DNA from: Candidatus Amesbacteria bacterium
GTDB taxonomy: Bacteria; Patescibacteriota; Microgenomatia; CAZETR01; Amesbacteraceae
Assembly (NCBI GenBank): GCA_027371535.1
Contig: DAHXMV010000001.1
Span: 172,825 to 236,824, forward strand
Reading direction: 5' to 3'
Length of the DNA stretch: 64,000 nt
Below the pieces are notes generated by a model, which did no database searches, had not been told where the DNA came from, and saw nothing but the letters and a program-made list of their open reading frames with translations. This document shows, one piece after another, positions 9,206-18,887 of the stretch. Within the stretch, counting starts at the first letter, position 1, and every line of letters begins with the position of its first letter. The translations under genes and the position numbers were made by a program.

Positions 9206-12200
9206 ACCAGCTTTGGGTTTGGGGCAGTTGGGTTTGAGAATTAAGACTAGATTCAATCACGGATATAAACTGGTCGGCTTTGGAATTCCAGTCGAACAAG
9301 CGCGACCAAGTCAGAGCTGCCCGGGAAAACCTAGTGAGGTTATCAGTATTTTTCACCAGATCTAGCATGACCCGGGTTAAAAATTCTATATTTTTAACCG
9401 GAACCAAAACACCCGTCCGGCCGGAGGCTACAGAGTCACGCAAACCACCCACATCTGAAGCAATCACCGGAGTGCCACAGGCATTAGCTTCAATCACGGT
9501 GATACCCCAGCCCTCAAAGGAAGAAGGCTGAAGCATGGCCCAACCCCTGCCCAGAAGTTCGCTTTTTTGTTTTTCACTGACTCTTTGGGTAAATATCACG
9601 GATTTACCAAGATGCAGTTTGGCGGCCAGGGCCCGCAGATTATCCAAATTTTCACCCCAGCCGGAAATGAAAAACCTGGCTGCAGGATAACTTTTTACCA
9701 CCACGGCAAAGGCTTTGATGGCAACATCGATATTTTTATACGGCCTGAGGCGCCCCAAATAGATGAAAGAAGGGTAGGGGGTCTTTGGACAGGGGTGAAA
9801 CATATCCGGATCAATGCCGGGATTTACTACAGAAATATCCTGAGCAGGAGCCAAACCCAGGTCAACAATATCAGTTTTGGAGGATTCGGAAACGGTGAGC
9901 ACCTGATGATGTTTATAAACCAATGGCATCACCTTCGATTCCAAAAACACAGCCAGCGAGGAAAGAGGAAATGCCAGATGTTCACGAAAAACATTCTGGT
10001 GGATATGGTGGATTAACAGAAAAACAGGCAGACGTGAATATATGGGGGTAAAAAACGGAATCCCGTTTTCACAGTCTATAATAACATCAAATTGACCCCT
10101 GAATTTAAGGAAATAATAGATGACAGCCCAGATATAGACCGTAAAGAAACCACCACGCCGGATTATCCGGACGCCATTTTTAATCTCATTCCTCCGGGAC
10201 TTACCGTCGTTCCCGCAAAAAACAGTCACCTGATAACCCTGACTGACCCAACGCTTTGACATCTCCTGGATATAAACTTCCGCACCGCCAGCCCAGACAT
10301 GTCCGGTATCCCGCCAGTTAAAAATTAACAAGCGGAGTTTTTGGGAATTGTAAATCTGATTATCAGGCAAGCCCCGGAACAAGCCTGTAAAATCCGCAAA
10401 ATTACGGATTAAATTCTTTATCTGGTCATAATACAGGTGCCCAAGGCCAACCAGAAACAGATAAAAAATGCTGTAGTAAAACATGGCATAAACAAAAGCC
10501 GTCAAATTGTTTTTGGCAGAGTATAAAAAGAGCACCTGTACGGGCGAGGTTATGACACTTAAATAACTAAAAATATACTGATGGCGGATTTGGTAGTAAT
10601 TGACAATATTACTGGCGATAGTAAAAGCCACCATAGCCAATGTAAACCACGGTAATAAACCGGAAAGAGGCAATATTTTGCTACCAAAAAGAAGGGGGGC
10701 GGTTATCTTACCGAAAACTCCGAAAACCACTGATACTGCCAGAGAAACAAGAGTAGTCACCAACAAAATCCGATAGAAAATCTGTTTGGAATTTTTTCCG
10801 GCCCCCTCTGCCCGGCTGACCAGGGGGGTAATAAACTGGGAAAAAGTCCCGCCGGCAAAATAAACCATTTTCCCGACCAGGGAAATCAGGGCATACTGAC
10901 CTGCCTGGACGGGGTTTAAAAACATTTTGGCAAAGACGATATCCAGACTCAAAAAAGACAGGGCTGAAATTCTGACCAAAAGAGAGGAAGCAAAAAATTT
11001 CCGGGGAAAATGGGTAACTGCAGCTTTATCCGGCAAGGGAGCTGAAGTTTTAAGAGTCCGAGCTGCCAGCCAGGTAAACAAAAAGGGAAACGAGGAGGCC
11101 AGGGGGATAGCTGCATAAACCAGATTGTTCCATCCTAAATGGATAAACAACATGGTCAGCAGGAATTTAATGACTGATTCCGAAACGGTAGCTACAGCCA
11201 GAATAGTAAACCGCGTATTGCCAGCTAAAAATCCGCCGTCAACTGCCGATAAAGTGCCGATAATCCATACAGGAGAAAATAATATAAAAGGAAATGCCGA
11301 ATGACTGCCGAAAACTGCCGGTAACCAGGGAGACAAAATTAACCAAAGCGCGGTTATAACCAGTGATAAACGAAAAACATTTTCCCTGATGTAGGCCCAA
11401 AATTGTTTAGGTATCAGGTTAAACCGGCCGAACAGAAAACCGCTTCTGTAGGTCACTGTCCTGGCCAAAGCACCGGCCGGAATTTCCAGCAAATTGTAAA
11501 AACTGCCCATCAGGCTGATAATCCCGAAGTCCGAAAGAGTGATTCCCGGGCTATGACTTAAAAAGGCATTGTATAAGAAATTGAAAAAATTACTGAAGAC
11601 CGAGGATGCTATCAAGGCTCCGGCTCCCAGGTTCTGGCGGGAAAAAAGCGATTTAACGGAGGTAAAATTAAAAGCCAATTCCGGGGTGAGAACGATATGT
11701 TCCGGGACAGTTTTGGGGTCCAAATTAATACCGTGGTGGGTTTTTTCCCAATAATGAGGTTTTACTACCAACTGATATACAGCCTTGACAGCGGCAAAAC
11801 TGATCATCAACCAATAAAACGGCACCAGATAAATATATTTCACCAGGTCCCAGCGGTCCCTTTTGGCGCAGCCAATCATGTAGTTATAAAAGAACATAAA
11901 GTTACCGATAACAGCCGAGAAAACAGCCATATAGAAAATTATCGGAGGATAGATAGCTTCGATTTGGGGTCCGACATACCGGTAGAGGGTAAAGTAGGCG
12001 ATAGTTGTCAACCAGAGGAAAGGATTAATAACCATAAAGGTGATACGCAAGCCGATGACCAGTTGAAAAATCAGAGCATGGATTCCGTGTTTTTTCAGAA
12101 AAGCCAAGGGGTGGCGGTTGTGGACCAAAAAAGTCTGGATGTAGCCTTTGATCCAGCGTGAACGCTGCCGGATCCAACTGGCCAGATTCCCGTTGGCTTC

Positions 12201-13814
12201 CTCGAGGGTGGTGGAATCAATCATGGCTGTCTGGAATCCGTTTTTGAATAAGCGGGCGCCCAAATCGCAATCTTCAGTGACATTGAAAGCATCCCAACCG
12301 TGGAGGGATTTCAAGACCCGGGTACGAAAATGGTTGGAGGTTCCGCCCAACGGGATAGTGGTATTAATTGATTGCAGTCCGGGCAACACCACGTCAAACC
12401 AAAGTGAATATTCAGCGGTGAACAAACGGGTAAGCAAGTTTCGGCCGGGGTTGTAAAAATTCAATTTTCCCTGCAGACAGGCCACTTTTTGTGGCGAGTT
12501 CAGAAAACCCAGATAAGCTTTTTTCAGCTGCAACGGATCCGGTTGGTCTTCGGCATCATAAACAACCACATACTCCCCCCTGACAAAGTTCAGGCCGTAA
12601 TTACAGGCTTTGGGTTTAGTTTTAGGTTGCGAATCGGGGACGATAATCGTCCTGATATATGAAGGCAATCCATAATTTTGGGCAGCGGTGATTGTGGCCT
12701 GATCATCAGCTTCCAAAAGCAGTATCACATCCAATTTATTTTTCGGCCAATCGACTCCGGTGATGGAATCTACAAAAGCCGGCAGCACACCCGCTTCCCG
12801 GTATAGAGGACACAGAATGCTATAAACAGGCAAATCCACACGGTCCAGTGAGGCCAAATCAGAGTCCGAAAAGGTTAATTCCGGCGGGAAATGCAAACTT
12901 TTCAGGACTATATACAGACTGAACAGGGTATCCAACAAATAAATTGAGGTCAGAATGGCTGTCAAAAAAATGGCAGTATTTAACGGGGTGAAATAAAAAC
13001 CTAAAAGAACTAATAACAAACAAACCAACAATCCGGCTTTCTGCCAAGGGTAGAGTGTAGGAACGGCGGAGTCTGACAGAGGCAGACGGGTATGGGTCAC
13101 AAAGCGATGTTTTTTGTGGACAATACCCGAACCGATATTATTTTCCGGGTACGGACCATTGATCGCAAAAAGTGATGGGGTATGGATTTTGGTCTTCAAG
13201 ACAGCGGTAAAATGCTGCCATGCTGAGATCTCTTCCCGATTGGCGGGGATGTCCTGGAAAACTTCAGCCACGGAATATCCAAGCTGTATGGCAGTATGCA
13301 GAAGCCAAATGTCAATGTCATTTTTACCAAGTTTTCCAAGAGGCAAATAATCTACTAAAACCCGGGGAAGAATCTTTAGGCCGGAATTGACATCATACTG
13401 AATACCCAACAAAGTCCTGGTCAGTGAATTATGAATGCGGGAGAATCTACTATTTTTGCGGCTGGCGATAATAACCTGATTCTCGGGCAGTAAATCCAGC
13501 ATCCGGGTAAAAACATCACGACTAAAAGGGGTGTTTTCGTCATAATAAGCTATAAATTCAGCCTGAGACGCGGACATTCCGTCTAACAAGGATTGGGTTT
13601 TACCATCCCGGCTGGTCTGAATAATCTTTATAGGATAATCTTTGGATAGTTTTTCCAGCGATCGTTGGTTATTTATTACTCCCCGTTCAAGTGCCAGGAT
13701 AAAAGTATACGAAATCCGGACATGATTCAGAACCTGCTGAAATTGATCTAATAGCGGGATAAGAGATCCCGATTTCCGGTTAATCCGGATAATAATATCC
13801 AGGTTATCTTTCAT
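9189..13814 (-). CDS. Multidomain fusion: degenerate GT2 + membrane GT2 synthase + Wzx/MOP flippase + GT4
   Basis: KPKACN, YDAED, TEDCDLG and QRSRW (GT2 synthase); about 12-TM flippase-like block; AGGAE, LGRLRPYKN and EGWGITVIEANACG (GT4). Confidence 0.85.
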   Translation of the reverse strand: MKDNLDIIIRINRKSGSLIPLLDQFQQVLNHVRISYTFILALERGVINNQRSLEKLSKDYPIKIIQTSRDGKTQSLLDGMSASQAEFIAYYDENTPFSRDVFTRMLDLLPENQVIIASRKNSRFSRIHNSLTRTLLGIQYDVNSGLKILPRVLVDYLPLGKLGKNDIDIWLLHTAIQLGYSVAEVFQDIPANREEISAWQHFTAVLKTKIHTPSLFAINGPYPENNIGSGIVHKKHRFVTHTRLPLSDSAVPTLYPWQKAGLLVCLLLVLLGFYFTPLNTAIFLTAILTSIYLLDTLFSLYIVLKSLHFPPELTFSDSDLASLDRVDLPVYSILCPLYREAGVLPAFVDSITGVDWPKNKLDVILLLEADDQATITAAQNYGLPSYIRTIIVPDSQPKTKPKACNYGLNFVRGEYVVVYDAEDQPDPLQLKKAYLGFLNSPQKVACLQGKLNFYNPGRNLLTRLFTAEYSLWFDVVLPGLQSINTTIPLGGTSNHFRTRVLKSLHGWDAFNVTEDCDLGARLFKNGFQTAMIDSTTLEEANGNLASWIRQRSRWIKGYIQTFLVHNRHPLAFLKKHGIHALIFQLVIGLRITFMVINPFLWLTTIAYFTLYRYVGPQIEAIYPPIIFYMAVFSAVIGNFMFFYNYMIGCAKRDRWDLVKYIYLVPFYWLMISFAAVKAVYQLVVKPHYWEKTHHGINLDPKTVPEHIVLTPELAFNFTSVKSLFSRQNLGAGALIASSVFSNFFNFLYNAFLSHSPGITLSDFGIISLMGSFYNLLEIPAGALARTVTYRSGFLFGRFNLIPKQFWAYIRENVFRLSLVITALWLILSPWLPAVFGSHSAFPFILFSPVWIIGTLSAVDGGFLAGNTRFTILAVATVSESVIKFLLTMLFIHLGWNNLVYAAIPLASSFPFLFTWLAARTLKTSAPLPDKAAVTHFPRKFFASSLLVRISALSFLSLDIVFAKMFLNPVQAGQYALISLVGKMVYFAGGTFSQFITPLVSRAEGAGKNSKQIFYRILLVTTLVSLAVSVVFGVFGKITAPLLFGSKILPLSGLLPWFTLAMVAFTIASNIVNYYQIRHQYIFSYLSVITSPVQVLFLYSAKNNLTAFVYAMFYYSIFYLFLVGLGHLYYDQIKNLIRNFADFTGLFRGLPDNQIYNSQKLRLLIFNWRDTGHVWAGGAEVYIQEMSKRWVSQGYQVTVFCGNDGKSRRNEIKNGVRIIRRGGFFTVYIWAVIYYFLKFRGQFDVIIDCENGIPFFTPIYSRLPVFLLIHHIHQNVFREHLAFPLSSLAVFLESKVMPLVYKHHQVLTVSESSKTDIVDLGLAPAQDISVVNPGIDPDMFHPCPKTPYPSFIYLGRLRPYKNIDVAIKAFAVVVKSYPAARFFISGWGENLDNLRALAAKLHLGKSVIFTQRVSEKQKSELLGRGWAMLQPSSFEGWGITVIEANACGTPVIASDVGGLRDSVASGRTGVLVPVKNIEFLTRVMLDLVKNTDNLTRFSRAALTWSRLFDWNSKADQFISVIESSLNSQTQLPQTQSWYAPAD

Positions 13815-13824
13815 AATTAGTATT

Positions 13825-13847
13825 AAAAAAATAACCCTAGAGGGTTA
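13825..13847 (-). terminator. Hairpin TAACCC-TCTA-GGGTTA followed by T7
   Basis: Stem-loop at 13847-13832 plus 7 T on the minus strand, between vanZ and the GT operon. Confidence 0.5.
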
Positions 13848-13884
13848 CTAACTATAGGATTATACCTTATTAATAAGAAAAATT

Positions 13885-14265
13885 CTAGCCGAAGTTAAAT
13901 GAGAAGAATGTGAGAATTGTGGCAGACCCAAAAATTCCCATACTATCGATTAAAATATCCCTGACCCGGCCATCACGACCAGACACAAAAGTTTGGTGAA
14001 ATTCATCGGATGAAGCGTAAATCAGCCCGATGGCTATCAGCAGAATAATAATGCTTTTTTTAGTCAAATTTGTTGTCCGGTGCAGAGAAAAATATAACAG
14101 ACATCCCAGGATGAAATACTCGGTAACATGGGCACATTTTTTAATCAAGAAGTCCTGCCATGCGACCGGGGAGACATGCAAGGGGGGCCGGGAAGAAAAA
14201 CCGAAAATCACTACCATCCAAAATAGTGTGGGTAACCAATAATATACCCGGGGTAACGGTTTCAT
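13885..14265 (-). CDS. VanZ family membrane protein
   Basis: KCAHVTEYFILG, SDEFHQTFVSGRDG..DILID. Confidence 0.9.
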   Translation of the reverse strand: MKPLPRVYYWLPTLFWMVVIFGFSSRPPLHVSPVAWQDFLIKKCAHVTEYFILGCLLYFSLHRTTNLTKKSIIILLIAIGLIYASSDEFHQTFVSGRDGRVRDILIDSMGIFGSATILTFFSFNFG

Positions 14266-15116
14266 GGCAAAGAAATTTTACTAGATTTTTTGAGTAAAAG
14301 GTAAGCGGAGATGATCATAACAAAACCGCCTAAGGCCATCAGAGCAATACCGGGTAACCGGGACGGGGAGGCCAGTTGATCTTCGGCTACCGAGAGATCC
14401 AACGCCGGGACGGCTGTTACCGAAACAGAAAGTATATTGGCGGCTAATACAGAGGAGGGTGTGGCTGCCGGAGCGGATAGAGGAGGATCGGCAATCGGAG
14501 AAGCAGCTGCAGACTGAACGGGGAAAAACGGGGTTAAGGTTGGTCTGAGGGTGGGTTTGGCAGTGGGCTGGGGAGTAATTCTGGGGGTAGGCGGAACAGA
14601 AGTGGATGTGGTTTTAGGAACGGGAACGGGAGTAGCGGTGGGCACAGGGGTGACTGTGGGGGGCGGACCGGAGAGGGAAATTGCGACAGGATCAGACCAT
14701 AAGGCCGGACTATTATCCGAGGTATAACGGCCGACTTTGAAAAAGTAGTCTCCCGGTCCGGAAAAATATTTGTCTGACGGGTCCGGTTTGACGTCCAGAC
14801 TGAGGCTGGCTACGGGTGAAGATTTGTCTATGGGGGCCAGATGAAAGTATCGGGTGGCAAGTGAACCGGGTGAATTTATCCATTCGCCCCCGTTATTTTT
14901 TGTGAATCCGAAATAATTTGTAGATTTAGGTGTATAAAATACCGCCCGGAGATAAGAGTCACCACAACCGGCAGGACAGGAAAGACTAATCTCAACCGGA
15001 AATTGACTATTTAAATCCGCCGAGGCCGGACATCCGGTGAAAGTCAGGGTAATAGCCGCTCGAATTGGGGAAAAAGATAATAAAAAGAAGACCGGACAAA
15101 TCTTCCACCAGCTCAT
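14262..15116 (-). CDS. Secreted Pro/Thr-rich protein with a C-terminal membrane anchor
   Basis: Signal peptide, Ig-like N-domain, PT-rich stalk, TM helix plus basic tail. Confidence 0.65.
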   Translation of the reverse strand: MSWWKICPVFFLLSFSPIRAAITLTFTGCPASADLNSQFPVEISLSCPAGCGDSYLRAVFYTPKSTNYFGFTKNNGGEWINSPGSLATRYFHLAPIDKSSPVASLSLDVKPDPSDKYFSGPGDYFFKVGRYTSDNSPALWSDPVAISLSGPPPTVTPVPTATPVPVPKTTSTSVPPTPRITPQPTAKPTLRPTLTPFFPVQSAAASPIADPPLSAPAATPSSVLAANILSVSVTAVPALDLSVAEDQLASPSRLPGIALMALGGFVMIISAYLLLKKSSKISLP

Positions 15117-15120
15117 GATG

Positions 15121-16287
15121 TCAGGACTTGATATAAGTGGAAACGGATATGATGCTGGAGGTGGAATAATGGTCGGAAAATTTCAGATCCGGCCCGAACC
15201 AGGGATCGTTCATAATATAATCCGGGCCGTTTTTAGACTTTATAACAATGAAATGCTCCGAACCGTTGGCGAATTTCAGACCGATAATTACCGGACGTCC
15301 CGCAGCCAGTTCGGAATCCACCAGTGAAAGATTACGGCCGTTATAGACTGTAAATTTAAATCCGGGTTGAGACGGCCACGGAATCCACATCAGATCCTGG
15401 AAAAAATAACTGGTATTGGAAGCAATATCAGCCGGGGTGACATTCATGCCATTTTTCTTTTGTAACATCGCCACACTGGTAATCAGGCATCCATACTGCC
15501 ATACCAGGCTGGGATTTTTTGATCCACAAGTGGTACCGATACAGGCACCGCCCCAGCGCTGGTCACGCTGGTTCATATACCAACCGTCGGGACTGGATTG
15601 AGGTGGCAAAAGACCCCCGCCTTCGGTAAACAAAGCCAGAGCGTTTCGCTGGGCTATGGCTTCATTCAGAAGTTTTTGGTAATTGGCTTCGTCGTTTTTG
15701 GTTTGTTTTAAGAGGAGGTCCTTTTGAGCCCGGAGGCTATCCAGATCAGCTTTCTGGAACTGCAGACGCTTTTTTGATGATTCGATCAGGTCCTTCTGCT
15801 GGGCATAATTTGTCTGAATAAGCTGAGTATCGTGAAGCATTTTCCGACTGGAGCTCTGGGTCTCCTGGGCATATTTAAAATGGTCCAACATCTGTGAAAA
15901 ATTATCAGATGAAAAAATCAGTTCAATAGGATCTATCTTCTCCTGCTTATAGGTGGCTACGATCTGCTTTTGCAAATATTCCACCCGCTGTTCCAGTTTG
16001 GTTTCCAAAACGTCTATTTTTTGGGATATAACGGAGATCAGATCCGTTGTCTGAGCGATTTTTAACTGGTTTAAAGTAATCTGATTGTCATAATAAGTAA
16101 TCTGACCTCCCAGAGTTTTGGCATTGCCCTGGGCCGTAGCAATTTTTTGATTAAGATCATCGATTAACTGCTGACACTCAGTCTGCTTGTCAGGCTGGTT
16201 GCAAACATCGGTCTGATCCGCGCGGACATAAGGCGCCAGGCAGAAATAGCACAAGATAAACAGTGAAAAACCTAATAATTTTTTCAT
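15121..16287 (-). CDS. PcsB/CwlO-type coiled-coil protein with a C39-like (papain-fold) peptidase domain
   Basis: Signal peptide, long coiled coil, NQRDQRW, GCLITSVAM, HFIV, MNDP; follows ftsX. Confidence 0.78.
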   Translation of the reverse strand: MKKLLGFSLFILCYFCLAPYVRADQTDVCNQPDKQTECQQLIDDLNQKIATAQGNAKTLGGQITYYDNQITLNQLKIAQTTDLISVISQKIDVLETKLEQRVEYLQKQIVATYKQEKIDPIELIFSSDNFSQMLDHFKYAQETQSSSRKMLHDTQLIQTNYAQQKDLIESSKKRLQFQKADLDSLRAQKDLLLKQTKNDEANYQKLLNEAIAQRNALALFTEGGGLLPPQSSPDGWYMNQRDQRWGGACIGTTCGSKNPSLVWQYGCLITSVAMLQKKNGMNVTPADIASNTSYFFQDLMWIPWPSQPGFKFTVYNGRNLSLVDSELAAGRPVIIGLKFANGSEHFIVIKSKNGPDYIMNDPWFGPDLKFSDHYSTSSIISVSTYIKS

Positions 16288-17162
16288 GACTTGAGAAAGC
16301 GCCTGGTGGCAATTATCCCTCCCAGACTACCCACTACAACCCCCGTAGCCAATTCACCGGCCAGAAGTTTAAGCATAAACCAAACCGATACCGGTAAAAC
16401 CGGTATCCCGGAAAGGAAACTGTTTAAGAAATTCATGGAAGATAAAAGCAGAAGATACGAGACTCCCCAGGCAATCACAGCACCAAAAAGGCCGTATATT
16501 ATGCCCTCCCAAATAAACGGGGCGGATATATAACCGGAAGTGGCCCCGACCAACTGGAGAAGTAATATTTCGTCCCGGCGATTTGCTGCTTTTATTCCTA
16601 TAATAAGCAATATTATTATTAAAGTGATCAAAATATGTGTACATACAAAAGAAGCACCGATTATGCGTACAGAATTTGTCCATTGGGTTAACGAAGAGAC
16701 TATATCTTCTGCATATCTGACATCGTCTATCCCCGATTCCTTTTTCAATCGATCGGCAATGTTTTTAAGATCCTGTGGGGTCTTGGCTGAGATTTCAATT
16801 GAAGCCGGCAGCATTTCGGCAGTAACAGCTTCAATCAGGAGCGGATCAGATTTATTCAAATCACGATAAAGTTTTAATGCATCATCTTTGGAAACATATT
16901 TAAAATCAGAAACCAGCCCGGTGCCTTCAATCCGGTTTTTGATATCCGTGACCTGCTGGTTTGTGGGGACATAATCGGCGTTGAAGTAGGCGTTGACCTG
17001 GGGCCGGGTTTCAAAAAAATTGAGAACTGTCTGGGAACCGGCGGCGATTAAAAAAAAGACGCTGGCTAAAAACAAGGTCATGGTCATGATAGAAACCGCC
17101 GCAATGGTCTGATAAGGAGCCCTCCGGATACGCTGCCAGGCGACGGTGATAGCTTTAGTCAT
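16284..17162 (-). CDS. ftsX: Cell division permease FtsX
   Basis: 4 TM helices, YVSKDDAL, LPASIEI, RRDEILLLQLVGAT..YISAPFIWEG. Confidence 0.92.
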   Translation of the reverse strand: MTKAITVAWQRIRRAPYQTIAAVSIMTMTLFLASVFFLIAAGSQTVLNFFETRPQVNAYFNADYVPTNQQVTDIKNRIEGTGLVSDFKYVSKDDALKLYRDLNKSDPLLIEAVTAEMLPASIEISAKTPQDLKNIADRLKKESGIDDVRYAEDIVSSLTQWTNSVRIIGASFVCTHILITLIIILLIIGIKAANRRDEILLLQLVGATSGYISAPFIWEGIIYGLFGAVIAWGVSYLLLLSSMNFLNSFLSGIPVLPVSVWFMLKLLAGELATGVVVGSLGGIIATRRFLKS

Positions 17163-17832
17163 ATCGTCCTGTCGGTTCATCCTTAATTAACCTGCCTTTG
17201 TCCAAAGTGATAACCCGCAAACCGTAACGGTTGACTATTTCACTATTATGCGTGGCCATGATAACCGTGGTTTTTAAATGAGTATGAATTTCCTTAATCA
17301 GTTTAACAATAGACTGGGCAGTTTTGGGATCCAGATTGCCTGTGGGCTCATCAGCCAATAAAAGTTTGGGTTTGGCGACAATGGCCCGGGCCAAACCCAC
17401 CCGTTGCAATTCCCCTCCGGACAGCTGGGCTGGAAAAAGCCTGTTTTTACCTTTCAGACCTACCATTTCCAATGATATTTCCACCGCTTGGCGGATATCG
17501 GGGGATTTTACTCCCCTGACTTCCAGAGGCAAGGCAACATTTTCAGCCACATTCTGATCATTTAAAAGTTTAAAGTCCTGGTAAACCGTACCGATGTCCC
17601 GCCGAAACAGGGGCAGGGCCTGACCTTTGAGCTTTAGCATATCCTGACCATTTACTTCCAGTATGCCGCTATCTGGTTTAAGTTCCCGGATTAATAGCCT
17701 TAAAAAGGTGGTCTTTCCTGACCCTGATGCCCCGGTCAAGAAAACAAAATCCCCTTCCGAAACAGACAGAGACACCCGGTCCAGCGCAACCATATTTCCG
17801 AATTTTTTGGTGAGATCCCTGACAGTAACCAT
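17155..17832 (-). CDS. ftsE: Cell division ATP-binding protein FtsE
   Basis: GASGSGKT, YQDFKLL, LSGGELQR, LLADEPTGNLD; adjacent to ftsX. Confidence 0.95.
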   Translation of the reverse strand: MVTVRDLTKKFGNMVALDRVSLSVSEGDFVFLTGASGSGKTTFLRLLIRELKPDSGILEVNGQDMLKLKGQALPLFRRDIGTVYQDFKLLNDQNVAENVALPLEVRGVKSPDIRQAVEISLEMVGLKGKNRLFPAQLSGGELQRVGLARAIVAKPKLLLADEPTGNLDPKTAQSIVKLIKEIHTHLKTTVIMATHNSEIVNRYGLRVITLDKGRLIKDEPTGRYD

Positions 17833-17838
17833 GGCAGT

Positions 17839-18318
17839 TTAATCCAAAATTTTCAGTCGCCCGACATCCATCAGCCAACCTGCATACTTCGCCTGCAAAG
17901 TTTGTCCCCAGACCTGGACTTTTTTACCGACGTATGAATCCAAATCGACGACCGAGGAAACCAGATAAACAGTTTGGCTGGGGCCGCCGTCCCGGACAAG
18001 TTTATGGGTGCCTTCACCCCTGATACCACCAGCCTGAAGGGTCCCCGTGGCGGTATCTTTAAAAGTTGAGGTGTCACTGGAACCGATAATACCTGAGGCG
18101 TTGGGGGTAGTGCTGACCGTGTTACCGGTCTGTGAGGCGGCTTTGTCCGCGGCCTGGGGTTTGGCCAGAAAATAACCCGCGACAAGACCAAAAATAACTA
18201 TAAAAATATATAAAACAAAGAAGCCGTTTTTTGAGGGTGGGGAAGGATGATTTACGGCGGAATGCTGGGGAGTCAAAGTTTGCGGGTCTATAGAAGTTAC
18301 TAAAGGTTTATCTTCCAT
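17839..18318 (-). CDS. Single-TM hypothetical protein with an OB-fold-like C-domain
   Basis: TM helix, low-complexity linker, DLDSYVGKKVQVWG. Confidence 0.6.
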   Translation of the reverse strand: MEDKPLVTSIDPQTLTPQHSAVNHPSPPSKNGFFVLYIFIVIFGLVAGYFLAKPQAADKAASQTGNTVSTTPNASGIIGSSDTSTFKDTATGTLQAGGIRGEGTHKLVRDGGPSQTVYLVSSVVDLDSYVGKKVQVWGQTLQAKYAGWLMDVGRLKILD

Positions 18319-18337
18319 AAAATGAGTATAACATACG

Positions 18338-18874
18338 TTAACCGAAATGAACCCAGAGAAGATATTCGCTGTTACCGCCTTTATCCCCTAAAACCGGGGA
18401 TAGTTCCAGTCCGCTGATGTTAAAACCCAGGTTTTCGATTTCGTCTTTAACTTTTTGAGCAATTTTTTGGGATTCATGGAGAGCCAAATAAGCTATTTTG
18501 GATTCATAGTGGGGTTTGACCAGGGAAATAATGTCTCCGATATTGGTTTTTAAAAGGCCTGCTGCAGCGGGCATAATCAACCTCTGCGGAGTCCAGGAGA
18601 CATCGACGGTGACCAAATCCATTTTTTCCGGCAAGATGACGTGTAAAGCATTTGTCCGCTCCATAACTACTACCCGGTTTAAACGGCGCAGCTTCCAGTC
18701 CAAAACTCCATATCCGGTATCAACGGCATAGACTTTGGCAGCCCCGTTTTGGAGCAGGCAGTCGGTAAATCCACCCGTACTGCAACCCAGATCGGCACAG
18801 ACTTTACCGGATACGGTTACGGCAAATTTTGTCAGGGCATATTCCAATTTTGACCCGGCCCGGGAAACATACAT
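18338..18874 (-). CDS. tlyA: TlyA family RNA methyltransferase lacking the S4 domain
   Basis: YVSRAGSKL, DLGCSTGGFTDCLLQNGA..VYAVDTG, LVKPHYE, GNSEYL. Confidence 0.9.
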   Translation of the reverse strand: MYVSRAGSKLEYALTKFAVTVSGKVCADLGCSTGGFTDCLLQNGAAKVYAVDTGYGVLDWKLRRLNRVVVMERTNALHVILPEKMDLVTVDVSWTPQRLIMPAAAGLLKTNIGDIISLVKPHYESKIAYLALHESQKIAQKVKDEIENLGFNISGLELSPVLGDKGGNSEYLLWVHFG

Positions 18875-18887
18875 AAAGGCAGAAAAA

